Positions 37,401 to 49,717 of a stretch of DNA of 58,857 nucleotides are shown one piece after another. A model generated the notes under the pieces. The model was not told where the DNA came from. It saw only the letters and a program-made list of their open reading frames with translations, and made no database searches. The DNA is taken from contig JAUCBJ010002784.1 of the NCBI GenBank assembly GCA_032718475.1, positions 1-58,857 on the forward strand, written 5' to 3'. Source of the stretch: Nemertoderma westbladi. Its lineage: Eukaryota > Animalia > Xenacoelomorpha. The stretch's first letter is position 1. Every line of letters starts with the position of its first letter. The position numbers and the translations under genes were made by a program.

Positions 37401-40400
37401 TAAACACAGCCACTGTAACCCACTACGCTCCTTTACCTTAAACACAGCCACTGTAACCCGCTACGCTCCTTTCCCTTAAACACAGCCACTGTAACCCGCT
37501 ACGCTCCTTTCCCTTAAACACAGCCACTGTAACCCGCTACGCTCCTTTCTCTTAAACACAGCCACTGTAACCCACTACGCTCCTTTACCTTAAACACAGC
37601 CACTGTAACCCGCTACGCTCCTTTCCCTTAAACACAGCCACTGTAACCCGCTACGCTCCTTTCTCTTAAACACAGCCACTGTAACCCGCTACGCTCCTTT
37701 CCCTTAAACACAGCCACTGTAACCCGCTACGCTCCTTTCTCTTAAACACAGCCACTGTAACCTGCTACGCTCCTTTCCCTTAAACACAGCCACTGTAACC
37801 CGCTACGCTCCTTTCCATTAAACACAGCCACTGTAACCTGCTACGCTCCATTCCCTTAAACACAGCCACTGTAACCCACTACGCTCCTTTACCTTAAACA
37901 CAGCCACTGTAACCCGCTACGCTCCTTTCCCTTAAACACAGCCACTGTAACCCGCTACGCTCCTTTCTCTTAAACACAGCCACTGTAACCCGCTACGCTC
38001 CTTTCTCTTAAACACAGCCACTGTAACCCGCTACGCTCCTTTCCCTTAAACACAGCCACTGTAACCCGCTACGCTCCTTTCTCTTAAACACAGCCACTGT
38101 AACCCGCTACGCTCCTTTCCCTTAAACACAGCCACTGTAACCCGCTACGCTCCTTTCTCTTAAACACAGCCACTGTAACCCACTACGCTCCTTTCTCTTA
38201 AACACAGCCACTGTAACCCGCTACGCTCCTTTCCATTAAACACAGCCACTGTAACCCGCTACGCTCCTTTCTCTTAAACACAGCCACTGTTGCCCGCTAC
38301 GCTCCTTTCTCTTAAACACAGCCACTGTAACCCGCTACACTCCTTTCTCTTAAACACAGCCACTGTAACCCGCTACGCTCCTTTCTCTTAAACACAGCCA
38401 CTGTAACCCGCTACGCTCCTTTCCCTTAAACACAGCCACTGTAACCCGCTACGCTCCTTTACCTTAAACACAGCCACTGTAACCCACTACGCTCCTTTCC
38501 CTTAAACACAGCCACTGTAACCTGCTACGCTCCTTTCCCTTAAACACAGCCACTGTAACCCGCTACGCTCCTTTCCATTAAACACAGCCACTGTAACCTG
38601 ATACACTCCTTTCCCTTAAACACAGCCACTGTAACCCGCTACGCTCCTTTCCCTTAAACACAGCCACTGTAACCTGCTACGCTCCTTTCCCTTAAACACG
38701 GCCACTGTAACCCGCTACGCTCCTTTCCATTAAACACAGCCACTGTAACCTGATACACTCCTTTCCCTTAAACACAGCCACTGTAACCCGCTACGCTCCT
38801 TTCCCTTAAACACAGCCACTGTAACCCGCTACGCTCCTTTCCCTTAAACACAGCCACTGTAACCCGCTACGCTCCTTTCCCTTAAACACAGCCACTGTAA
38901 CCTGCTACGCTCCTTTCTCTTAAACACAGCCACTGTAACCCGCTACGCTCCTTTCCCTTAAACACAGCCACTGTAACCCGCTACGCTCCTTTCTCTTAAA
39001 CACAGCCACTGTAACCCGCTACGCTCCTTTCCCTTAAACACAGCCACTGTAACCCACTACGCTCCTTTCCCTTAAACACAGCCACTGTAACCCGCTACAC
39101 TCCTTTCTCTTAAACACAGCCACTGTAACCCGCTACGCTCCTTTCTCTTAAACACAGCCACTGTAACCCGCTACGCTCCTTTCCCTTAAACACAGCCACT
39201 GTAACCCGCTACGCTCCTTTCTCTTAAACACAGCCACTGTAACCCGCTACGCTCCTTTCTCTTAAACACAGCCACTGTAACCCGCTACGCTCCTTTCCCT
39301 TAAACACAGCCACTGTAACCCGCTACGCTCCTTTCTCTTAAACACAGCCACTGTAACCCGCTACGCTCCTTTCTCTTAAACACAGCCACTGTAACCCGCT
39401 ACGCTCCTTTCCCTTAAACACAGCCACTGTAACCCGCTACGCTCCTTTCTCTTAAACACAGCCACTGTAACCCGCTATGCTCCTTTCTCTTAAACACAGC
39501 CACTGTAACCCGCTACGCTCCTTTCTCTTAAACACAGCCACTGTAACCCGCTACGCTCCTTTACCTTAAACACAGCCACTGTAACCCACTACGCTCCTTT
39601 CCCTTAAACACAGCCACTGTAACCTGCTACGCTCCTTTCCCTTAAACACAGCCACTGTAACCCGCTACGCTCCTTTACCTTAAACACAGCCACTGTAACC
39701 CACTACGCTCCTTTCCCTTAAACACAGCCACTGTAACCCACTACGCTCCTTTCCCTTAAACACAGCCACTGTAACCCACTACGCTCCTTTCTCTTAAACA
39801 CAGCCACTGTAACCCGTACGCTCCTTTCTCTTAAACACAGCCACTGTAACCCGCTACGCTCCTTTCCATTAAACACAGCCACTGTAACCTGCTACGCTCC
39901 TTTCCATTAAACACAGCCACTGTAACCCGCTACGCTCCTTTCTCTTAAACACAGCCACTGTAACCCACTACGCTCCTTTCCCTTAAACACAGCCACTGTA
40001 ACCCGCTACGCTCCTTTCTCTTAAACACAGCCACTGTAACCCGCTACGCTCCTTTCTCTTAAACACAGCCACTGTAACCCGCTATGCTCCTTTCCCTTAA
40101 ACACAGCCACTGTAACCCGCTACGCTCCTTTCCATTAAACACAGCCACTGTAACCCGCTACGCTCCTTTCCATTAAACACAGCCACTGTAACCCGCTACG
40201 CTCCTTTCTCTTAAACACAGCCACTGTAACCCACTACGCTCCTTTCCCTTAAACACAGCCACTGTAACCCGCTACGCTCCTTTCCCTTAAACACAGCCAC
40301 TGTAACCCGCTACGCTCCTTTCTCTTAAACACAGCCACTGTAACCCGCTACGCTCCTTTCCCTTAAACACAGCCACTGTAACCCGCTACGCTCCTTTCCC

Positions 40401-43400
40401 TTAAACACAGCCACTGTAACCCGCTACGCTCCTTTCCCTTAAACACAGCCACTGTAACCCGCTACGCTCCTTTCTCTTAAACACAGCCACTGTAACCCGC
40501 TACGCTCCTTTCTCTTAAACACAGCCACTGTAACCCGCTACGCTCCTTTCTCTTAAACACAGCCACTGTAACCCGCTACGCTCCTTTCTCTTAAACACAG
40601 CCACTGTAACCCGCTACGCTCCTTTCCCTTAAACACAGCCACTGTAACCCGCTACGCTCCTTTCCCTTAAACACAGCCACTGTAACCCGCTACGCTCCTT
40701 TCCCTTAAACACAGCCACTGTAACCCGCTACGCTCCTTTCCCTTAAACACAGCCACTGTAACCCGCTACGCTCCTTTCTCTTAAACACAGCCACTGTAAC
40801 CCGCTACGCTCCTTTCTCTTAAACACAGCCACTGTAACCCGCTACGCTCCTTTCTCTTAAACACAGCCACTGTAACCCGCTACGCTCCTTTCTCTTAAAC
40901 ACAGCCACTGTAACCCGCTACGCTCCTTTCCCTTAAACACAGCCACTGTAACCCGCTACGCTCCTTTCCCTTAAACACAGCCACTGTAACCCGCTACGCT
41001 CCTTTCCCTTAAACACAGCCACTGTAACCCGCTACGCTCCTTTCTCTTAAACACAGCCACTGTAACCCGCTACGCTCCTTTCCCTTAAACACAGCCACTG
41101 TAACCCGCTACGCTCCTTTCCCTTAAACACAGCCACTGTAACCCGCTACGCTCCTTTCCATTAAACACAGCCACTGTAACCCGCTACGCTCCTTTCCCAT
41201 TAAACACAGCCACTGTAACCCGCTACGCTCCTTTCCATTAAACACAGCCACTGTAACCTGCTACGCTCCTTTCCCTTAAACACAGCCACTGTAACCCGCT
41301 ACGCTCCTTTCTCTTAAACACAGCCACTGTAACCCGCTACGCTCCTTTCCCTTAAACACAGCCACTGTAACCCGCTACGCTCCTTTCCCTTAAACACAGC
41401 CACTGTAACCCGCTACGCTCCTTTCCCTTAAACACAGCCACTGTAACCCGCTACGCTCCTTTCCCTTAAACACAGCCACTGTAACCTGCTAAGCTCCTTT
41501 CTCTTAAACACAGCCACAGTAACCCGCTACGCTCCTTTCCCTTAAACACAGCCACTGTAACCCGCTACGCTCCTTTCCCTTAAACACAGCCACTGTAACC
41601 CGCTACGCTCCTTTCCCTTAAACACAGCCACTGTAACCCGCTACGCTCCTTTCCATTAAACACAGCCACTGTAACCCGCTACGCTCCTTTCTCTTAAACA
41701 CAGCCACTGTAACCCGCTACGCTCCTTTCTCTTAAACACAGCCACTGTAACCCGCTACGCTCCTTTCTCTTAAACACAGCCACTGTAACCCGCTACGCTC
41801 CTTTCCCTTAAACACAGCCACTGTAACCCGCTACGCTCCTTTCTCTTAAACACAGCCACTGTAACCCGCTACGCTCCTTTCTCTTAAACACAGCCACTGT
41901 AACCCGCTACGCTCCTTTCTCTTAAACACAGCCACTGTAACCCGCTACGCTCCTTTCCCTTAAACACAGCCACTGTAACCCGCTACGCTCCTTTCTCTTA
42001 AACACAGCCACTGTAACCCGCTACGCTCCTTTCTCTTAAACACAGCCACTGTAACCCGCTACGCTCCTTTCCCTTAAACACAGCCACTGTAACCCGCTAC
42101 GCTCCTTTCCCTTAAACACAGCCACTGTAACCTGCTACGCTCCTTTACCTTAAACACAGCCACTGTAACCCGCTACGCTCCTTTCTCTTAAACACAGCCA
42201 CTGTAACCTGATACACTCCTTTCTCTTAAACACAGCCACTGTAACCCGCTACGCTCCTTTCCCTTAAACACAGCCACTGTAACCCGCTACGCTCCTTTCC
42301 CTTAAACACAGCCACTGTAACCCGCTACGCTCCTTTCTCTTAAACACAGCCACTGTAACCCGCTACGCTCCTTTCCCTTAAACACAGCCACTGTAACCTG
42401 CTACGCTCCTTTCCCTTAAACACAGCCACTGTAACCCGCTACGCTCCTTTCTCTTAAACACAGCCACTGTAACCCGCTACGCTCCTTTCCCTTAAACACA
42501 GCCACTGTAACCCGCTACGCTCCTTTCCCTTAAACACAGCCACTGTAACCTGCTACGCTCCTTTACCTTAAACACAGCCACTGTAACCCGCTACGCTCCT
42601 TTACCTTAAACACAGCCACTGTAACCCGCTACGCTCCTTTCTCTTAAACACAGCCACTGTAACCCGCTACGCTCCTTTCCCTTAAACACAGCCACTGTAA
42701 CCCGCTACGCTCCTTTACCTTAAACACAGCCACTGTAACCCGCTACGCTCCTTTCTCTTAAACACAGCCACTGTAACCCGCTACGCTCCTTTCCCTTAAA
42801 CACAGCCACTGTAACCCGCTACGCTCCTTTCCCTTAAACACAGCCACTGTAACCCGCTACGCTCCTTTCCCTTAAACACAGCCACTGTAACCCGCTACGC
42901 TCCTTTCCCTTAAACACAGCCACTGTAACCCGCTACGCTCCTTTCTCTTAAACACAGCCACTGTAACCCGCTACGCTCCTTTCCCTTAAACACAGCCACT
43001 GTAACCTGCTACGCTCCTTTCCCTTAAACACAGCCACTGTAACCCGCTACGCTCCTTTCCCTTAAACACAGCCACTGTAACCCGCTACGCTCCTTTCCCT
43101 TAAACACAGCCACTGTAACCCGCTACGCTCCTTTCCCTTAAACACAGCCACTGTAACCCGCTACGCTCCTTTCCCTTAAACACAGCCACTGTAACCCGCT
43201 ACGCTCCTTTCCCTTAAACACAGCCACTGTAACCCGCTACGCTCCTTTCCCTTAAACACAGCCACTGTAACCCGCTACGCTCCTTTCCCTTAAACACAGC
43301 CACTGTAACCCGCTACGCTCCTTTCCCTTAAACACAGCCACTGTAACCCGCTACGCTCCTTTCCTTAAACACAGCCACTGTAACCCGCTACGCTCCTTTC

Positions 43401-46400
43401 CCTTAAACACAGCCACTGTAACCCGCTACGCTCCTTTCCCTTAAACACAGCCACTGTAACCCGCTACGCTCCTTTCCCTTAAACACAGCCACTGTAACCC
43501 GCTACGCTCCTTTCCCTTAAACACAGCCACTGTAACCCGCTACGCTCCTTTCTCTTAAACACAGCCACTGTAACCCGCTACGCTCCTTTCCCTTAAACAC
43601 AGCCACTGTAACCCGCTACGCTCCTTTCCCTTAAACACAGCCACTGTAACCCGCTACGCTCCTTTCCCTTAAACACAGCCACTGTAACCCGCTACGCTCC
43701 TTTCCCTTAAACACAGCCACTGTAACCCGCTACGCTCCTTTCCCTTAAACACAGCCACTGTAACCCGCTACGCTCCTTTCCCTTAAACACAGCCACTGTA
43801 ACCCGCTACGCTCCTTTCCCTTAAACACAGCCACTGTAACCCGCTACGCTCCTTTCCCTTAAACACAGCCACTGTAACCCGCTACGCTCCTTTCCCTTAA
43901 ACACAGCCACTGTAACCCGCTACGCTCCTTTCCCTTAAACACAGCCACTGTAACCCGCTACGCTCCTTTCCCTTAAACACAGCCACTGTAACCCGCTACG
44001 CTCCTTTCCCTTAAACACAGCCACTGTAACCCGCTACGCTCCTTTCCCTTAAACACAGCCACTGTAACCCGCTACGCTCCTTTCCCTTAAACACAGCCAC
44101 TGTAACCCGCTACGCTCCTTTCCCTTAAACACAGCCACTGTAACCCGCTACGCTCCTTTCCCTTAAACACAGCCACTGTAACCCGCTACGCTCCTTTCCC
44201 TTAAACACAGCCACTGTAACCCGCTACGCTCCTTTCCCTTAAACACAGCCACTGTAACCCGCTACGCTCCTTTCCCTTAAACACAGCCACTGTAACCCGC
44301 TACGCTCCTTTCCCTTAAACACAGCCACTGTAACCCGCTACGCTCCTTTCCCTTAAACACAGCCACTGTAACCCGCTACGCTCCTTTCCCTTAAACACAG
44401 CCACTGTAACCCGCTACGCTCCTTTCCATTAAACACAGCCACTGTAACCTGCTACGCTCCTTTCCCTTAAACACAGCCACTGTAACCCGCTACGCTCCTT
44501 TCCCTTAAACACAGCCACTGTAACCCGCTACGCTCCTTTCCCTTAAACACAGCCACTGTAACCCGCTACGCTCCTTTCCCTTAAACACAGCCACTGTAAC
44601 CCGCTACGCTCCTTTCCCTTAAACACAGCCACTGTAACCCGCTACGCTCCTTTCTCTTAAACACAGCCACTGTAACCCGCTACGCTCCTTTCCCTTAAAC
44701 ACAGCCACTGTAACCCGCTACGCTCCTTTCCCTTAAACACAGCCACTGTAACCCGCTACGCTCCTTTCCCTTAAACACAGCCACTGTAACCCGCTACGCT
44801 CCTTTCCCTTAAACACAGCCACTGTAACCCGCTACGCTCCTTTCCCTTAAACACAGCCACTGTAACCCGCTACGCTCCTTTCCCTTAAACACAGCCACTG
44901 TAACCCGCTACGCTCCTTTCCCTTAAACACAGCCACTGTAACCCGCTACGCTCCTTTCCCTTAAACACAGCCACTGTAACCCGCTACGCTCCTTTCCCTT
45001 AAACACAGCCACTGTAACCCGCTACGCTCCTTTCCCTTAAACACAGCCACTGTAACCCGCTACGCTCCTTTCCCTTAAACACAGCCACTGTAACCCGCTA
45101 CGCTCCTTTCCCTTAAACACAGCCACTGTAACCCGCTACGCTCCTTTCCCTTAAACACAGCCACTGTAACCCGCTACGCTCCTTTCCCTTAAACACAGCC
45201 ACTGTAACCCGCTACGCTCCTTTCCCTTAAACACAGCCACTGTAACCCGCTACGCTCCTTTCCCTTAAACACAGCCACTGTAACCCGCTACGCTCCTTTC
45301 CCTTAAACACAGCCACTGTAACCCGCTACGCTCCTTTCCATTAAACACAGCCACTGTAACCCGCTACGCTCCTTTCCCTTAAACACAGCCACTGTAACCC
45401 GCTACGCTCCTTTCCCTTAAACACAGCCACTGTAACCCGCTACGCTCCTTTCCCTTAAACACAGCCACTGTAACCCGCTACGCTCCTTTCCCTTAAACAC
45501 AGCCACTGTAACCCGCTACGCTCCTTTCCCTTAAACACAGCCACTGTAACCCGCTACGCTCCTTTCCCTTAAACACAGCCACTGTAACCCGCTACGCTCC
45601 TTTCCATTAAACACAGCCACTGTAACCCGCTACGCTCCTTTCCATTAAACACAGCCACTGTAACCCGCTACGCTCCTTTCCCTTAAACACAGCCACTGTA
45701 ACCCGCTACGCTCCTTTCCATTAAACACAGCCACTGTAACCCGCTACGCTCCTTTCTCTTAAACACAGCCACTGTAACCCGCTACGCTCCTTTCCATTAA
45801 ACACAGCCACTGTAACCCGCTACGCTCCTTTCCATTAAACACAGCCACTGTAACCCGCTACGCTCCTTTCCCTTAAACACAGCCACTGTAACCCGCTACG
45901 CTCCTTTCTCTTAAACACAGCCACTGTAACCCGCTACGCTCCTTTCCCTTAAACACAGCCACTGTAACCCGCTACGCTCCTTTCCATTAAACACAGCCAC
46001 TGTAACCCGCTACGCTCCTTTCCATTAAACACAGCCACTGTAACCCGCTACGCTCCTTTCCCTTAAACACAGCCACTGTAACCCGCTACGCTCCTTTCCA
46101 TTAAACACAGCCACTGTAACCTGCTACGCTCCTTTCCATTAAACACAGCCACTGTAACCTGATACACTCCTTTCTCTTAAACACAGCCACTGTAACCCGC
46201 TACGCTCCTTTCCCTTAAACACAGCCACTGTAACCCGCTACGCTCCTTTCTCTTAAACACAGCCACTGTAACCCGCTACGCTCCTTTCTCTTAAACACAG
46301 CCACTGTAACCCGCTACGCTCCTTTCCATTAAACACAGCCACTGTAACCCGCTACGCTCCTTTCCTTAAACACAGCCACTGTAACCCGCTACGCTCCTTT

Positions 46401-48575
46401 ACCTTAAACACAGCCACTGTAACCCGCTACGCTCCTTTCCCTTAAACACAGCCACTGTAACCCGCTACGCTCCTTTCCCTTAAACACAGCCACTGTAACC
46501 CGCTACGCTCCTTTCCCTTAAACACAGCCACTGTAACCCGCTACGCTCCTTTCCATTAAACACAGCCACTGTAACCTGATACACTCCTTTCTCTTAAACA
46601 CAGCCACTGTAACCCGCTACGCTCCTTTCCATTAAACACAGCCACTGTAACCCGCTACGCTCCTTTCTCTTAAACACAGCCACTGTAACCCGCTACGCTC
46701 CTTTCCCTTAAACACAGCCACTGTAACCCGCTACGCTCCTTTCTCTTAAACACAGCCACTGTAACCTGCTACGCTCCTTTCCATTAAACACAGCCACTGT
46801 AACCTGCTACGCTCCTTTCTCTTAAACACAGCCACTGTAACCCGCTACGCTCCTTTCCATTAAACACAGCCACTGTAACCCGCTACGCTCCTTTCTCTTA
46901 AACACAGCCACTGTAACCCGCTATGCTCCTTTCCATTAAACACAGCCACTGTAACCCGCTACGCTCCTTTCCCTTAAACACAGCCACTGTAACCCGCTAC
47001 GCTCCTTTCTCTTAAACACAGCCACTGTAACCCGCTACGCTCCTTTCCATTAAACACAGCCACTGTAACCCGCTACGCTCCTTTCCATTAAACACAGCCA
47101 CTGTAACCCGCTACGCTCCTTTCTCTTAAACACAGCCACTGTAACCCGCTACGCTCCTTTCCATTAAACACAGCCACTGTAACCCGCTACGCTCCTTTCT
47201 CTTAAACACAGCCACTGTAACCCGCTATGCTCCTTTCCATTAAACACAGCCACTGTAACCCGCTACGCTCCTTTCCCTTAAACACAGCCACTGTAACCCG
47301 CTACGCTCCTTTCTCTTAAACACAGCCACTGTAACCCGCTACGCTCCTTTCCCTTAAACACAGCCACTGTAACCCGCTACGCTCCTTTCCCTTAAACACA
47401 GCCACTGTAACCCGCTACGCTCCTTTCCCTTAAACACAGCCACTGTAACCCGCTACGCTCCTTTCCCTTAAACACAGCCACTGTAACCCGCTACGCTCCT
47501 TTCCCTTAAACACAGCCACTGTAACCCGCTACGCTCCTTTCCCTTAAACACAGCCACTGTAACCCGCTACGCTCCTTTCCCTTAAACACAGCCACTGTAA
47601 CCCGCTACGCTCCTTTCCATTAAACACAGCCACTGTAACCCGCTACGCTCCTTTCTCTTAAACACAGCCACTGTAACCTGCTACGCTCCTTTCCATTAAA
47701 CACAGCCACTGTAACCCGCTACGCTCCTTTCCATTAAACACAGCCACTGTAACCCGCTACGCTCCTTTCTCTTAAACACAGCCACTGTAACCCGCTACGC
47801 TCCTTTCCCTTAAACACAGCCACTGTAACCCGCTACGCTCCTTTCCCTTAAACACAGCCACTGTAACCCGCTACGCTCCTTTCCCTTAAACACAGCCACT
47901 GTAACCCGCTACGCTCCTTTCTCTTAAACACAGCCACTGTAACCCGCTACGCTCCTTTTTCTTAAACACAGCCACTGTAACCTTCTACGCTCCTTTCCCT
48001 TAAACACAGCCACTGTAACCTGCTACGCTCCTTTCCCTTAAACACAGCCACTGTAACCCGCTACGCTCCTTTCCCTTAAACACAGCCACTGTAACCCGCT
48101 ACGCTCCTTTCCCTTAAACACAGCCACTGTAACCCGCTACGCTCCTTTCCATTAAACACAGCCACTGTAACCCGCTACGCTCCTTTCCCTTAAACACAGC
48201 CACTGTAACCCGCTACGCTCCTTTCCCTTAAACACAGCCACTGTAACCCGCTACGCTCCTTTCCCTTAAACACAGCCACTGTAACCCGCTACGCTCCTTT
48301 CCCTTAAACACAGCCACTGTAACCCGCTACGCTCCTTTCCCTTAAACACAGCCACTGTAACCCGCTACGCTCCTTTCCCTTAAACACAGCCACTGTAACC
48401 CGCTACGCTCCTTTCCCTTAAACACAGCCACTGTAACCCGCTACGCTCCTTTCCCTTAAACACAGCCACTGTAACCTGCTACGCTCCTTTCCCTTAAACA
48501 CAGCCACTGTAACCCGCTACGCTCCTTTCCCTTAAACACAGCCACTGTAACCCGCTACGCTCCTTTACCTTAAAC
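28423..48575 (+). repeat. Giant intronic minisatellite, 38-bp unit TACGCTCCTTTCCCTTAAACACAGCCACTGTAACCCGC, ~530 copies
   Basis: A direct 38-bp period runs over ~20.15 kb. Variation is mostly CCC/CTC/CCA/ACC before TTAAA and CCCGC/CCTGC/CCCAC. Confidence 0.99.
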
Positions 48576-48620
48576 TTGTGTGAACAACTGTGTGAAAAAA
48601 TATTTAATTTTTCTTTGCAG

Positions 48621-49717
48621 GACCGGCTCTAAGCGCTACTCTAAACATCAGTTGTACGTTGAATAAAGGCAGTTACACTTACCAGCTGACAATGTTCAAC
48701 CGAAACGAGAACAACGTGTTACTAGAGGGGGAACCCAGCGAGGAGCACATATTCAACACGTGTTCCTTAACGAGTCCCGACTCTAAGGGTAAAATATCCC
48801 TCATAGTCGTCCCAATAATAGTCTGTCTCTTACTGCTCCTCTTCTTGGTCCTCTTCTTCTCTTGGGCGAAACTCAAAAACACAAAATGTTTCCGTAAACT
48901 TCCCAAACCCACGTTCGCAGAGGCCCCGGAATGCGTCCGCTTGGAGGCGTACGGCACGCGTTGGCGGGACGGCCCGTTCGGTATCCTGGGCTACCGTACG
49001 CCCCCCAGCGTCAGGGTGCTCCCTCCCGCCGCGCCCCCGGGCCCCTCTGAGGCCCCCGCGACGCCCCCCGATTACAATAAAGTCATCCACATCGAGGATC
49101 CGTCGCCCTACAGCGGCGTCAGCGTTCTAACGGACCCCAGTATCGTTCTAGCCAGCCCGCCGTTAGGGGGCGTTGAAAGCCCAGCGGAGGCGGAAACTCA
49201 GCTGGTTCGCGGCGAATCCTCCCCGCTAGAGGGCGCAACTTCGCCGCTGAGCGTTGTAACTTCCCCTCTAGGCGGCGTAACTCTCCCGTTCGGGCTCGCT
49301 ACATCCCCGGTAGGTGGCGCACACATGATCTCGCCGCTAGGGGGTTACATACTCGAGGCGGACATCCCTTTGGTCGCCCCTTCGCGGCGGACAGCGGCAG
49401 TGGAGCGCTCGTCCAGCGCGGTCTCGTCCAGCCAGTCGTTGCGCTCCGCTAGGGGGCGCGACCGACTGTCGGACCGGTCCGCCGGCTCCACAGACTCCGG
49501 ACACCACGACGGAAGTCCCACGGCGACCCACCAGGGGGCGTCCGGTATCCTAGCGACGGACCTCGCGTGCGACGGCGACCCCATAGAATTGGAGCCGTTA
49601 AACCCCCCCAGTCCCGGGGCCGACCGGGTTACACAGCCCCGCGTCACTCACAGTAGGAAACTCGAGCTGGTAGACCCGCTAGAGGGCGCTCTCTACCCGC
49701 CAGACACCACGGTCTGA
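48621..49717 (+). CDS. Receptor coding exon 2: end of last FN3, transmembrane helix, cytoplasmic tail without catalytic domain
   Basis: TM ISLIVVPIIVCLLLLLFLVLFFSW, Box1-like FRKLPKP, tyrosine motifs YNKV/YSGV/YILE, C-terminal DTTV. In frame with exon 1. Confidence 0.88.

Larger units (their letters stand above)
22010..48620 (+). other. 26.6 kb phase-1 GT-AG intron of the receptor gene
   Basis: GTAAGT at 22010 and TTTTTCTTTGCAG ending 48620. The join reads IRVE-G-PALSATLNISCTLNKGSYTYQLTMFN and completes the last FN3 domain in frame. Confidence 0.85.

Noticed and set aside
28423-48575. CRISPR array or coding repeat
   Set aside because: There are no unique spacers, the unit length is not a multiple of 3, and no ORFs appear in the track.
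48659-49717. Stand-alone 352-aa gene starting at TTG, and a separate secreted 689-aa gene at 19948
   Set aside because: Matching phase-1 splice sites join the two ORFs and complete an FN3 domain.
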